From Eledone cirrhosa (Eukaryota), in assembly GCA_964016885.1 (NCBI GenBank), contig CAXHJY010001551.1:126475-190474 (forward strand): DNA of 64,000 nucleotides. The letters run 5' to 3'. The position numbers and the translations under genes are program-made. This document shows, one piece after another, positions 26,701 to 39,075 of the stretch. The notes below the pieces were generated by a model, which saw only the letters and a list, made by a program, of their open reading frames with translations, was not told where the DNA came from and made no database searches. How positions within the stretch are numbered: position 1 is the first letter of the stretch; each line of letters opens with the position of its first letter.

Positions 26701-29700
26701 TCCTAAGCTAAGCTAAGCTAAGCTATCCTAAGCTAAGCTAAGCTAAGCTATCCTAAGCTATCCTAAGCTAAGCTATCCTAAGCTATCCTAAGCTAAGCTA
26801 TCCTAAGCTATGCTAAGCTAAGCTATCCTAAGCTAAGCTATCCTAAGCTATCCTAAGCTAAGCTATCCTAAGCTATCCTAAGCTAAGCTAAGCTATCCTA
26901 AGCTAAGCTAAGCTAAGCTAAGCTATCCTAAGCTAAGCTATGCTAAGCTAAGCTATCCTAAGCTAAGCTAAGCTAAGCTATCCTAAGCTAAGCTAAGCTA
27001 AGCTATCCTAAGCTAAGCTAAGCTATCCTAAGCTAAGCTAAGCTAAGCTATCCTAAGCTAAGCTAAGCTATCCTAAGCTAAGCTAAGCTAAGCTAAGCTA
27101 AGCTATCCTAAGCTAAGCTAAGCTAAGCTATCCTAAGCTAAGCTAAGCTAAGCTATCCTAAGCTAAGCTAAGCTATCCTAAGCTAAGCTAAGCTATCCTA
27201 AGCTAAGCTAAGCTAAGCTATCCTAAGCTAAGCTAAGCTAAGCTATCCTAAGCTAAGCTAAGCTAAGCTATCCTAAGCTAAGCTAAGCTAAGCTATCCTA
27301 AGCTAAGCTAAGCTATCCTAAGCTAAGCTAAGCTATCCTAAGCTAAGCTAAGCTAAGCTATCCTAAGCTAAGCTAAGCTAAGCTATCCTAAGCTATCCTA
27401 AGCTAAGCAATCCTAAGCTAAGCTAAGCTGAGCTATCCTAAGCTAAGCTAAGCTATCCGAAGCTAAGCTAAGCTAAGCTATCCTAAGCTAAGCTATCCTA
27501 AGCTATCCTAAGCTAAGCTATCCTAAGCTAAGCTATCCTAAGCTAAGCTATCCTAAGCTATCCTAAGCTAAGCTATCCTAAGCTAAGCTAAGCTAAGCTA
27601 TCCTAAGCTAAGCTAAGCTAAGCTATCATAAGCTAAGCTAAGCTATCCTAAGCTAAGCTAAGCTAAGCTATCCTAAGCTAAGCTAAGCTAAGTTATCCTA
27701 AGCTAAGCTAAGCTAAGCTATCCTAAGCTATCCTAAGCTAAGCTATCCTAAGCTAAGCTATCCTAAGCTAAGCTATCCTAAGCTATCCTAAGCTAAGCTA
27801 AGCTAAGCTATCCTAAGCTAAGCTAAGCTAAGCTATCCTAAGCTAAGCTAAGCTAAGCTAAGCTAAGCTATCCTACGCTAAGCTAAGCTATCCTAAGCTA
27901 AGCTAAGCTAAGCTATCCTAAGCTAAGCTAAGCTAAGCTCTCCTAAGCTAAGCTAAGCTAAGCTAAGCTATCCTAAGCTAAGCTAAGCTATCCTAAGCTA
28001 AGCTAAGCTAAGCTATCCTAAGCTAAGCTAAGCTATCCTAAGCTAAGCTAAGCTAAGCTATCCTAAGCTAAGCTAAGCTAAGCTATCCTAAGCTAAGCTA
28101 AGCTATCCTAAGCTAAGCTAAGCTAAGCTATCCTAAGCTAAGCTAAGCTATCCTAAGCTATCCTAAGCTATCCTAAGCTAAGCTAAGCTAAGCTATCCTA
28201 AGCTAAGCTATCCTAAGCTATCCTAAGCTAAGCTAAGCTAAGCTAACCTAAGCTAAGCTATCCTAAGCTAAGCTATCCTAAGCTAAGCTATCCTAAGCTA
28301 AGCTAAGCTAAGCTATCCTAAGCTAAGCTAAGCTATCCTAAGCTAAGCTAAGCTAAGCTATCCTAAGCTAAGCTAAGCTAAGCTATCCTAAGCTAAGCTA
28401 TCCTAAGCTATCCTAAGCTAAGCTATCCTAAGCTATCCTAAGCTAAGCTATCCTAAGCTATCCTAAGCTAAGCTAAGCTAAGCTATCCTAAGCTAAGCTA
28501 AGCTAAGCTATCCTAAGCTAAGCTAAGCTAAGCTATCCTAAGCTATCCTAAGCTAAGCTATCCTAAGCTAAGCTATCCTAAGCTAAGCTATCCTAAGCTA
28601 TGCTAAGCTAAGCTATCCTAAGCTAAGCTATCCTAAGCTATTCTAAGCTAAGCTATCCTAAGCTATCCTAAGCTAAGCTAAGCTATCCTAAGCTAAGCTA
28701 AGCTAAGCTAAGCTATCCTAAGCTAAGCTATGCTAAGCTAAGCTATCCTAAGCTAAGCTAAGCTAAGCTATCCTAAGCTAAGCTAAGCTAAGCTATCCTA
28801 AGCTAAGCTAAGCTATCCTAAGCTAAGCTAAGCTAAGCTATCCTAAGCTAAGCTAAGCTATCCTAAGCTAAGCTAAGCTAAGCTAAGCTATCCTAAGCTA
28901 AGCTAAGCTAAGCTATCCTAAGCTAAGCTAAGCTAAGCTATCCTAAGCTAAGCTAAGCTAAGCTATCCTAAGCTAAGCTAAGCTATCCTAAGCTAAGCTA
29001 AGCTAAGCTATCCTAAGCTAAGCTAAGCTATCCTAAGCTAAGCTAAGCTAAGCTATCCTAAGCTAAGCTAAGCTAAGCTATCCTAAGCTAAGCTAAGCTA
29101 TCCTAAGCTAAGCTAAGCTAAGCTATCCTAAGCTAAGCTAAGCTAAGCTATCCTAAGCTATCCTAAGCTAAGCAATCCTAAGCTAAGCTAAGCTGAGCTA
29201 TCCTAAGCTAAGCTAAGCTATCCGAAGCTAAGCTAAGCTAAGCTATCCTAAGCTAAGCTATCCTAAGCTATCCTAAGCTAAGCTATCCTAAGCTAAGCTA
29301 TACTAAGCTATCCTAAGCTAAGCTATCCTAAGCTAAGCTAAGCTAAGCTATCCTAAGCTAAGCTAAGCTAAGCTATCATAAGCTAAGCTAAGCTATCCTA
29401 AGCTAAGCTAAGCTAAGCTATCCTAAGCTAAGCAAAGCTAAGTTATCCTAAGCTAAGCTAAGCTAAGCTATCCTAAGCTATCCTAAGCTAAGCTATCCTA
29501 AGCTAAGCTATCCTAAGGTAAGCTATCCTAAGCTATCCTAAGCTAAGCTATCCTAAGCTATCCTAAGCTAAGCTAAGCTAAGCTATCCTAAGCTAAGCTA
29601 AGCTAAGCTATCCTAAGCTAAGCTAAGCTAAGCTAAGCTAAGCTAAGCTAAGCTATCCTAAGCTAAGCTAAGCTATCCTAAGCTAAGCTAAGCTATCCTA

Positions 29701-30660
29701 AGCTAAGCTAAACTAAGCTCTCCTAAGCTAAGCTAAGCTAAGCTATCCTAAGCTTAGCTAAGCGATCCTAAGCTAAGCTAAGCTAAGCTATCCTAAGCTA
29801 AGCTAAGCTATCCTAAGCTAAGCTAAGCTAAGCTATCCTAAGCTAAGCTAAGCTAAGCTATCCTAAGCTAAGCTAAGCTAAGCTATCCTAAGCTAAGCTA
29901 AGCTAAGCTATCCTAAGCTAAGCTAAGCTATCCTAAGCTAAGCTAAGCTAAGCTATCCTAAGCTAAGCTAAGCTAAGCTATCCTAAGCTAAGCTAAGCTA
30001 AGCTATCCTAAGCTATCCTAAGCTATCCTAAGCTAAGCTAAGCTATCCTAAGCTAAGCTAAGCTAAGCTATCCTAAGCTAAGCTAAGCTATCCTAAGCTA
30101 AGCTAAGCTAAGCTATCCTAAGCTAAGCTAAGCTATCCTAAGCTAAGCTAAGCTAAGCTATCCTAAGCTAAGCTAAGCTATCCTAAGCTATCCTAAGCTA
30201 AGCTATCCTAAGCTAAGCTAAGCTAAGCTATCCTAAGCTAAGCTAAGCTAAGCTATCCTAAGCTAAGCTAAGCTAAGCTATCCTAAGCTAAGCTATCCTA
30301 AGCTAACCTAAGCTAAGCTAAGCTATCCTAAGCTAAGCTAAGCTATCCTAAGCTAAGCTAAGCTAAGCTATCCTAAGCTAAGCTAAGCTAAGCTATCCTA
30401 AGCTCTCCTAAGCTAAGCTATCCTAAGCTAAGCTAAGCTAAGCTATCCTAAGCTAAGCTAAGCTATCCTAAGCTAAGCTAAGCTAAGCTATCCTAAGCTA
30501 AGCTATCCTAAGCTATCCTAAGCTAAGCTAAGCTAAGCTATCCTAAGCTAAGCTATCCTAAGCTATCCTAAGCTAAGCTAAGCTAAGATAAGCTATCCTA
30601 AGCTAAGCTATCCTAAGCTAAGCTATCCTAAGCTATCCTAAGCTAAGCTATCCTAAGCTA
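22700..30660. repeat. Tandem duplication, period about 3.96-3.98 kb
   Basis: CTATG 22848/26808, CAATC 23448/27408 and 25198/29173, CGATC 25788/29763, ATAAG 26613/30588. Confidence 0.92.
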
Positions 30661-33600
30661 TCCTAAGCTAAGCTATCCTAAGCTATCCTAAGCTATCCTA
30701 AGCTAAGCTAAGCTAAGCTATCCTAAGCTAAGCTAAGCTAAGCTATCCTAAGCTAAGCTAAGCTAAGCTATCCTAAGCTATCCTAAGCTAAGCTAAGCTA
30801 AGCTATCCTAAGCTAAGCTATCCTAAGCTATCCTAAGCTAAGCTATCCTAAGCTAAGCTATCCTAAGCTAAGCTATCCTAAGCTATCCTAAGCTAAGCTA
30901 TCCTAAGCTATCCTAAGCTAAGCTAAGCTATCCTAAGCTAAGCTAAGCTAAGCTATCCTAAGCTAAGCTAAGCTAAGCTTTCCTAAGCTATCCTAAGCTA
31001 AGCTATCCTAAGCTAAGCTATCCTAAGCTATCCTAAGCTAAGCTAAGCTAAGCTATCCTAAGCTAAGCTATCCTAAGCTAAGCTAAGCTAAGCTATCCTA
31101 AGCTAAGCTATCCTGTGCTAAGCTAAGCTAAGCTATCCTAAGCTAAGCTAAGCTAAGCTATCCTAAGCTAAGCTATCCTAAGCTAAGCTAAGCTAAGCTA
31201 TCCTAAGCTAAGCTAAGCTATCCTAAGCTAAGCTAAGCTATCCTAAGCTAAGCTAAGCTAAGCTTTCCTAAACTAAGCTAAGCTATCCTAAGCTAAGCTA
31301 AGCGAAGCTATCCTAAGCTAATCTAAGCTAAGCTATCCTAAGCTAAGCTAAGCTAAGCTATCCTAAGCCAAGCTAAGCTAAGCTATCCTAAGCCAAGCTA
31401 AGCTAAGCTATCCTAAGCCAAGCTAAGCGAAGCTATCCTAAGCTAAGCTAAGCTAAGCTTTCCTAAGCTTAGCTAAGCTAAGCTATCCTAAGCTAAGCTA
31501 AGCTAAGCTATCCTAAGCTAAGCTAAGCTAAGCTATCCTAGGCTAAGCTAAGCTAAGCTATCCTAAGCTAAGCTATCCTAAGCTAAGCTAAGCTAAGCTA
31601 TCCTAAGCTAAGCTAAGCTAAGCTATCCTATGCTAAGCTAAGCTAAGCTATCCTAAGCTAAGCTAAGCTAAGCTATCCTAAGCTAAGCTAAGCTAAGCTA
31701 TCCTAAGCTAAGCTAAGCTATCCTAAGCTAAGCTATCCTAAGCTAAGCTAAGCTAAGCTATCCTAAGCTAAGCTAAGCTAAGCTTTCCTAAGCTATCCTA
31801 AGCTAAGCTATCCTAAGCTAAGCTAAGCTAAGCTATCCTAAGCTAAGCTAAGCTATCCTAAGCTAAGCTAAGCTAAGCTATCCTAAGCTAAGCTATCCTA
31901 AGCTATCCTAAGCTAAGCTATCCTAAGCTATCCTAAGCTAAGCTATCCTAAGCTAAGCTATCCTAAGCTAAGCTATTCTAAGCTAAGCTAAGCTAAGCTA
32001 TCCTAAGCTAAGCTTAGCTAAGCTATCCTAAGCTAAGCTAAGCTAAGCTATCCTAAGCTAAGCTAAGCTAAGCTTTCCTAAGCTTAGCTAAGCTATCGGA
32101 AGCTATGCTAAGCTAATCTATCCTAAGCTAAGCTAAGCTAAGCTATCCTAAGCTATCCTAAGCTAAGCTATCCTAAGCTAATCTATCCTAAGCTATGCCA
32201 AGCTAAGCTATCCTAAGCTAAGCTAAGCTAAGCTATCCTAAGCTAAGCTAAGCTAAGCTATCCTAAGCTAAGCTAAGCTAAGCTATCCTAAGCTAAGCTA
32301 AGCTAAGCTATCCTAAGCTATCCTAAGCTAAGCAATCCTAAGCTAAGCTAAGCTGAGCTATCCTAAGCTAAGCTAAGCTATCCGAAGCTAAGCTAAGCTA
32401 AGCTATCCTAAGCTAAGCTATCCTAAGCTATCCTAAGCTAAGCTATCCTAAGCTAAGTTATACTAAGCTATCCTAAGCTAAGCTATCCTAAGCTAAGCTA
32501 AGCTAAGCTATCCTAAGCTAAGCTAAGCTAAGCTATCATAAGCTAAGCTAAGCTAAGTTATCCTAAGCTAAGCTAAGCTAAGCTATCCTAAGCTATCCTA
32601 AGCTAAGCTATCCTAAGCTAAGCTATCCTAAGGTAAGCTATCCTAAGCTATCCTAAGCTAAGCTATCCTAAGCTATCCTAAGCTAAGCTAAGCTAAGCTA
32701 TCCTAAGCTAAGCTAAGCTAAGCTATCCTAAGCTATCCTAAGCTAAGCTATCCTAAGCTATCCTAAGCTAAGCTATCCTAAGCTATCCTAAGCTAAGCTA
32801 AGCTAAGCTATCCTAAGCTAAGCTAAGCTAAGCTATCCTAAGCTAAGCTAAGCTATCCAAAGCTATCCTAAGCTAAGCTATCCTAAGCTATCCTAAGCTA
32901 AGCTATCCTAAGCTATCCTAAGCTAAGCTATCCTAAGCTATCCTAAGCTAAGCTAAGCTAAGCTATCCTAAGCTAAGCTAAGCTAAGCTATCCTAAGCTA
33001 AGCTAAGCTATCCAAAGCTATCCTAAGCTAAGCTATCCTAAGCTATCCTAAGCTAAGCTATCCTAAGCTATCCTAAGCTAAGCTATCCTAAGCTAAGCTA
33101 TCCTAAGCTATCCTAAGCTAAGCTATCCTAAGCTATCCTAAGCTAAGCTAAGCTAAGCTATCCTAAGCTAAGCTAAGCTAAGCTATCCTAAGCTAAGCTA
33201 TCCTAAGCTAAGCTAAGCTAAGCTATCCTAAGCTATACTATGCTAAGCTATCCTAAGCTAAGCTATCCTAAGCTATCCTAAGCTAAGCTATCCTAAGCTA
33301 TCCTAAGCTAAGCTATCCTAAGCTATCCTAAGCTAAGCTAAGCTAAGCTATCCTAAGCTAAGCTAAGCTAAGCTATCCTAAGCTAAGCTAAGCTATCCTA
33401 AGCTAAACTAAGCTAAGCTATCCTAAGCTAAGCTAAGCTAAGTTATCCTAAGCTAAGCTAAGCTAAGCTATCCTAAGCTAAGCTAAGCTATCCTAAGCTA
33501 AGCTAAGCTAAGCTATCCTAAGCTAAGCTAAGCTAAGCTAAGCTAAGCTATCCTAAGCTAAGCTAAGCTAAGCTATCCTAAGCTAAGCTAAGCTAAGCTA

Positions 33601-36600
33601 AGCTATCCTAAGCTAAGCTAAGCTATCCTAAGCTAAGCTAAGCTAAGCTATCCTAAGCTAAGCTAAGCTAAGCTATCCTAAGCTAAGCTAAGCTAAGCTA
33701 TCCTAAGCTATCCTAAGCTAAGCTAAGCTAAGCTATCCTAAGCTAAGCTAAGCTAAGCTATCCTAAGCTATCCTAAGCTAAGCTATCCTAAGCTAAGCTA
33801 TCCTAAGCTATCCTAAGCTAAGCTATCCTAAGCTAAGCTAAGCTAAGCTATCCTAAGCTAAGCTATCCTAAGCTAAGCTATCCTAAGCTATCATAAGCTA
33901 AGCTATCCTAAGCTATCCTAAGCTAAGCTATCCTAAGCTATCCTAAGCTAAGCTATCCTAAGCTATCCTAAGCTAAGCTAAGCTAAGCTATCCTAAGCTA
34001 AGCTAAGCTAAGCTAAGCTATCCTAAGCTAAGCTAAGCTAAGCTATCCTAAGCTAAGCTAAGCTAAGCTATCCTAAGCTATCCTAAGCTAAGCTATCCTA
34101 AGCTAAGCTATCCTAAGCTATCCTAAGCTAAGCTATCCTAAGCTATCCTAAGCTAAGCTATCCTAAGCTAAGCTATCCTAAGCTAAGCTATCCTAAGCTA
34201 TCCTAAGCTAAGCTATCCTAAGCTATCCTAAGCTAAGCTAAGCTAAGCTATCCTAAGCTAAGCTAAGCTAAGCTATCCTAAGCTAAGCTAAGCTAAGCTT
34301 TCCTAAGCTATCCTAAGCTAAGCTATCCTAAGCTAAGCTATCCTAAGCTATCCTAAGCTAAGCTATCCTAAGCTATCCTAAGCTAAGCTATCCTAAGCTA
34401 TCCTAAGCTAAGCTATCCTAACATAAGCTATCCTAAGCTATCCTAAGCTAAGCTATCCTAAGCTATCCTAAGCTAAGCTATCCTAAGCTATCCTAAGCTA
34501 AGCTAAGCTAAGCTAAGCTAAGCTATCCTAAGCTAAGCTAAGCTATCCTAAGCTATCCTAAGCTAAGCTATCCTAAGCTAAGCTAAGCTAAGCTATCCTA
34601 AGCTATCCTAAGCTAAGCTATCCTAAGCTATCCTAAGCTAAGCTATCCTAAGCTATCCTAAGCTAAGCTATCCTAAGCTATCCTAAGCTAAGCTAAGCTA
34701 AGCTATCCTAAGCTAAGCTAAGCTAAGCTATCCTAAGCTAAGCTAAGCTATCCAAAGCTATCCTAAGCTAAGCTATCCTAAGCTATCCTAAGCTAAGCTA
34801 TCCTAAGCTATCCTAAGCTAAGCTATCCTAAGCTAAGCTATCCTAAGCTATCCTAAGCTAAGCTATCCTAAGCTATCCTAAGCTAAGCTAAGCTAAGCTA
34901 TCCTAAGCTAAGCTAAGCTAAGCTATCCTAAGCTAAGCTATCCTAAGCTAAGCTAAGCTAAGCTATCCTAAGCTATACTATGCTAAGCTATCCTAAGCTA
35001 AGCTATCCTAAGCTATCCTAAGCTAAGCTATCCTAAGCTATCCTAAGCTAAGCTATCCTAAGCTATCCTAAGCTAAGCTAAGCTAAGCTATCCTAAGCTA
35101 AGCTAAGCTAAGCTATCCTAAGCTAAGCTAAGCTATCCTAAGCTAAACTAAGCTAAGCTATCCTAAGCTAAGCTAAGCTAAGTTATCCTAAGCTAAGCTA
35201 AGCTAAGCTATCCTAAGCTAAGCTAAGCTATCCTAAGCTAAGCTAAGCTAAGCTATCCTAAGCTAAGCTAAGCTAAGCTAAGCTAAGCTATCCTAAGCTA
35301 AGCTAAGCTAAGCTATCCTAAGCTAAGCTAAGCTAAGCTAAGCTATCCTAAGCTAAGCTAAGCTATCCTAAGCTAAGCTAAGCTAAGCTATCCTAAGCTA
35401 AGCTAAGCTAAGCTATCCTAAGCTAAGCTAAGCTAAGCTATCCTAAGCTATCCTAAGCTAAGCTAAGCTAAGCTATCCTAAGCTAAGCTAAGCTAAGCTA
35501 TCCTAAGCTATCCTAAGCTAAGCTATCCTAAGCTAAGCTATCCTAAGCTATCCTAAGCTAAGCTATCCTAAGCTAAGCTAAGCTAAGCTATCCTAAGCTA
35601 AGCTATCCTAAGCTAAGCTATCCTAAGCTATCATAAGCTAAGCTATCCTAAGCTATCCTAAGCTAAGCTATCCTAAGCTATCCTAAGCTAAGCTATCCTA
35701 AGCTATCCTAAGCTAAGCTAAGCTAAGCTATCCTAAGCTAAGCTAAGCTAAGCTAAGCTATCCTAAGCTAAGCTAAGCTAAGCTATCCTAAGCTAAGCTA
35801 AGCTAAGCTATCCTAAGCTATCCTAAGCTAAGCTATCCTAAGCTAAGCTATCCTAAGCTATCCTAAGCTAAGCTATCCTAAGCTATCCTAAGCTAAGCTA
35901 TCCTAAGCTAAGCTATCCTAAGCTAAGCTATCCTAAGCTATCCTAAGCTAAGCTATCCTAAGCTATCCTAAGCTAAGCTAAGCTAAGCTATCCTAAGCTA
36001 AGCTAAGCTAAGCTATCCTAAGCTAAGCTAAGCTAAGCTTTCCTAAGCTATCCTAAGCTAAGCTATCCTAAGCTAAGCTATCCTAAGCTATCCTAAGCTA
36101 AGCTATCCTAAGCTATCCTAAGCTAAGCTATCCTAAGCTATCCTAAGCTAAGCTATCCTAACATAAGCTATCCTAAGCTATCCTAAGCTAAGCTATCCTA
36201 AGCTATCCTAAGCTAAGCTATCCTAAGCTATCCTAAGCTAAGCTAAGCTAAGCTATCCTAAACTAAGCTAAGCTATCCTAAGCTAAGCTAAGCTAAGCTA
36301 TCCTAAGCTAAGCTAAGCTAAGCTATCCTAAGCTAAGCTAAGCTAAGCTATCCTAAGCTAAGCTAAGCTAAGCTATCCTAAGCCAAGCTAAGCTAAGCTA
36401 TCCTAAGCCAAGCTAAGCTAAGCTATCCTAAGCTAAGCTAAGCTAAGCTATCCTAAGCTAAGCTAAGCTAAGCTATCCTAAGCTAAGCTAAGCTAAGCTA
36501 TCCTAAGCTAAGCTAAGCTAAGCTATCCTAAGCTAAGCTAAGCTAAGCTATCCTAAGCTAAGCTAAGCTAAGCTATCCTAAGCTAAGCTAAGCTAAGCTA

Positions 36601-39075
36601 TCCTAAGCTAAGCTAAGCTAAGCTATCCTAAGCTAAGCTAAGCTAAGCTATCCTAAGCTAAGCTATCCTAAGCTAAGCTAAGCTAAGCTATCCTAAGCTA
36701 AGCTAAGCTAAGCTATCCTAAGCTAAGCTAAGCTATCCTAAGCTAAGCTAAGCTAAGCTATCCTAAGCTAAGCTAAGCTAAGCTATCCTAAGCTAAGCTA
36801 AGCTAAGCTATCCTAAGCTAAGCTAAGCTAAGCTATCCTAAGCTAAGCTAAGCTAAACTATCCTAAGCTAAGCTAAGCTATCCTAAGCTAAGCTAAGCTA
36901 AGCTATCCTAAGCTAAGCTAAGCTAAGCTAAGCTTTCCTAAGCTATCCTAAGCTAAGCTATCCTAAGCTAAGCTAAGCTAAGCTATCCTAAGCTAAGCTA
37001 AGCTATCCTAAGCTAAGCTAAGCTATCCTAAGCTAAGCTATCCTAAGCTATCCTAAGCTAAGCTATCCTAAGCTATCCTAAGCTAAGCTATCCTAAGCTA
37101 AGCTATCCTAAGCTAAGCTATTCTAAGCTAAGCTAAGCTAAGCTATCCTAAGCTAAGCTAAGCTAAGCTATCCTAAGCTAAGCTAAGCTAAGCTATCCTA
37201 AGCTAAGCTAAGCTAAGCTATCCTAAGCTAAGCTAAGCTAAGCTATCCTAAGCTAAGCTAAGCTAAGCTATCCTAAGCTAAGCTAAGCTATCCTAAGCTA
37301 AGCTAAGCTAAGCTATCCTAAGCTAAGCTAAGCTAAGCTATCCTAAGCTATCCTAAGCTAAGCTATCCTAAGCTAAGCTATCCTAAGCTATCCCAAGCTA
37401 AGCTATCCTAAGCTAAGCTAAGCTAAGCTATCCTAAGCTAACCTATCCTAAGCTAAGCTATCCTAAGCTATCCTAAGCTAAGCTATCCTAATCTATCCTA
37501 AGCTAAGCTATCCTAAGCTATCCTAAGCTAAGCTATCCTAAGCTATCCTAAGCTAAGCTAAGCTAAGCTATCCTAAGCTATCCTAAGCTAAGCTATCCTA
37601 AGCTAAGCTATCCTAAGCTAAGCTATCCTAAGCTATCCTAAGCTAAGCTATCCTAAGCTATCCTAAGCTAAGCTATCCTAAGCTATCCTAAGCTAAGCTA
37701 AGCTAAGCTATCCTAAGCTAAGCTAAGCTAAGCTCTCCTAAGCTAAGCTAAGCTAAGCTATCCTAAGCTAAGCTAAGCTTTCCTAAGCTAAGCTAAGCTA
37801 AGCTATCCTAAGCTAAGCTAATCTATCCTAAGCTAAGCTAAGCTAAGCTATCCTAAGCTAAGCTAAGCTAAGCTATCCTAAGCTAAGCTAAGCTAAGCTA
37901 TCCTAAGCTAAGCTAAGCTAAGCTATCCTAAGCTAAGCTAAGCTAAGCTATCCTAAGCTAAGCTAAGCTAAGCTATCCTAAGCTAAGCTAAGCTAAGCTA
38001 TGCTAAGCTAAGCTAAGCTATCCTAAGCTAAGCTAAGCTAAGCTATCCTAAGCTAAGCTAAGCTAAGCTATCCTAAGCTAAGCTAAGCTAAGCTATCCTA
38101 AGCTATCCTAAGCTATACTAAGCTAAGCTAAGCTATCCTAAGCTAAGCTAAGCTAAGCTATCCTAAGCTAAGCCAAGCTAAGCTATCCTAAGCTAAGCTA
38201 AGCTATCCTAAGCTAAGCTAAGCTAAGCTATCCTAAGCTAAGCTAAGCTAAGCTATCCTAAGCTATCCTAAGCTAAGCTATCCTAAGCTAAGCTAAGCTA
38301 AGCTATCCTAAGCTAAGCTAAGCTAAGCTATCCTAAGCTAAGCTAAACTAAGCTATCCTAAGCTAAGCTAAGCTAAGCTATCCTAAGCTAAGCTATCCTA
38401 AGCTATCCTAAGCTAAGCTAAGCTAAGCTAACCTAAGCTAAGCTATCCTAAGCTAAGCTATCCTAAGCTAAGCTATCCTAAGCTAAGCTAAGCTATCCTA
38501 AGCTAAGCTAAGCTAAGCTATCCTAAGCTAAGCTAAGCTATCCTAAGCTAAGCTAAGCTAAGCTGTCCTAAGCTAAGCTAAGCTAAGCTATCCTAAGCTA
38601 AGCTAAGCTAAGCTATCCTAAGCTAAGCTAAGCTATCCTAAGCTAAGCTAAGCTAAGCTATCCTAAGCTAAGCTAAGCTAAGCTATCCTAAGCTATCCTA
38701 AGCTATCCTAAGCTAAGCTATCCTAAGCTATCCTAAGCTAAGCTATCCTAAGCTATCCTAAGCTAAGCTAAGCTAAGCTATCCTAAGCTAAGCTAAGCTA
38801 AGCTATCCTAAGCTAAGCTAATCTAAGCTATCCTAAGCTAAGCTAAGCTAAGCTATCCTAAGCTATCCTAAGCTAAGCTATCCTAAGCTAAGCTATCCTA
38901 AGCTATCCTAAGCTAAGCTATCCTAAGCTATCCTAAGCTAAGCTATCCTAAGCTAAGCTATCCTAAGCTATCCTAAGCTAAGCTATCCTAAGCTATCCTA
39001 AGCTAAGCTATCCTAAGCTTAGCTAAGCTAAGCTAAGCTAACCTAAGCTAAGCTATCCTAAGCTAAGCTAAGCTA
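26870..39075. repeat. Large segment S, copy 2
   Basis: Markers CTATG 26938, CAATC 27408/29173/32333, CTGTG 31113, GGAAG 32098, CTGTC 38563 and CTTAG 39018 are colinear with copy 1. Confidence 0.9.
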
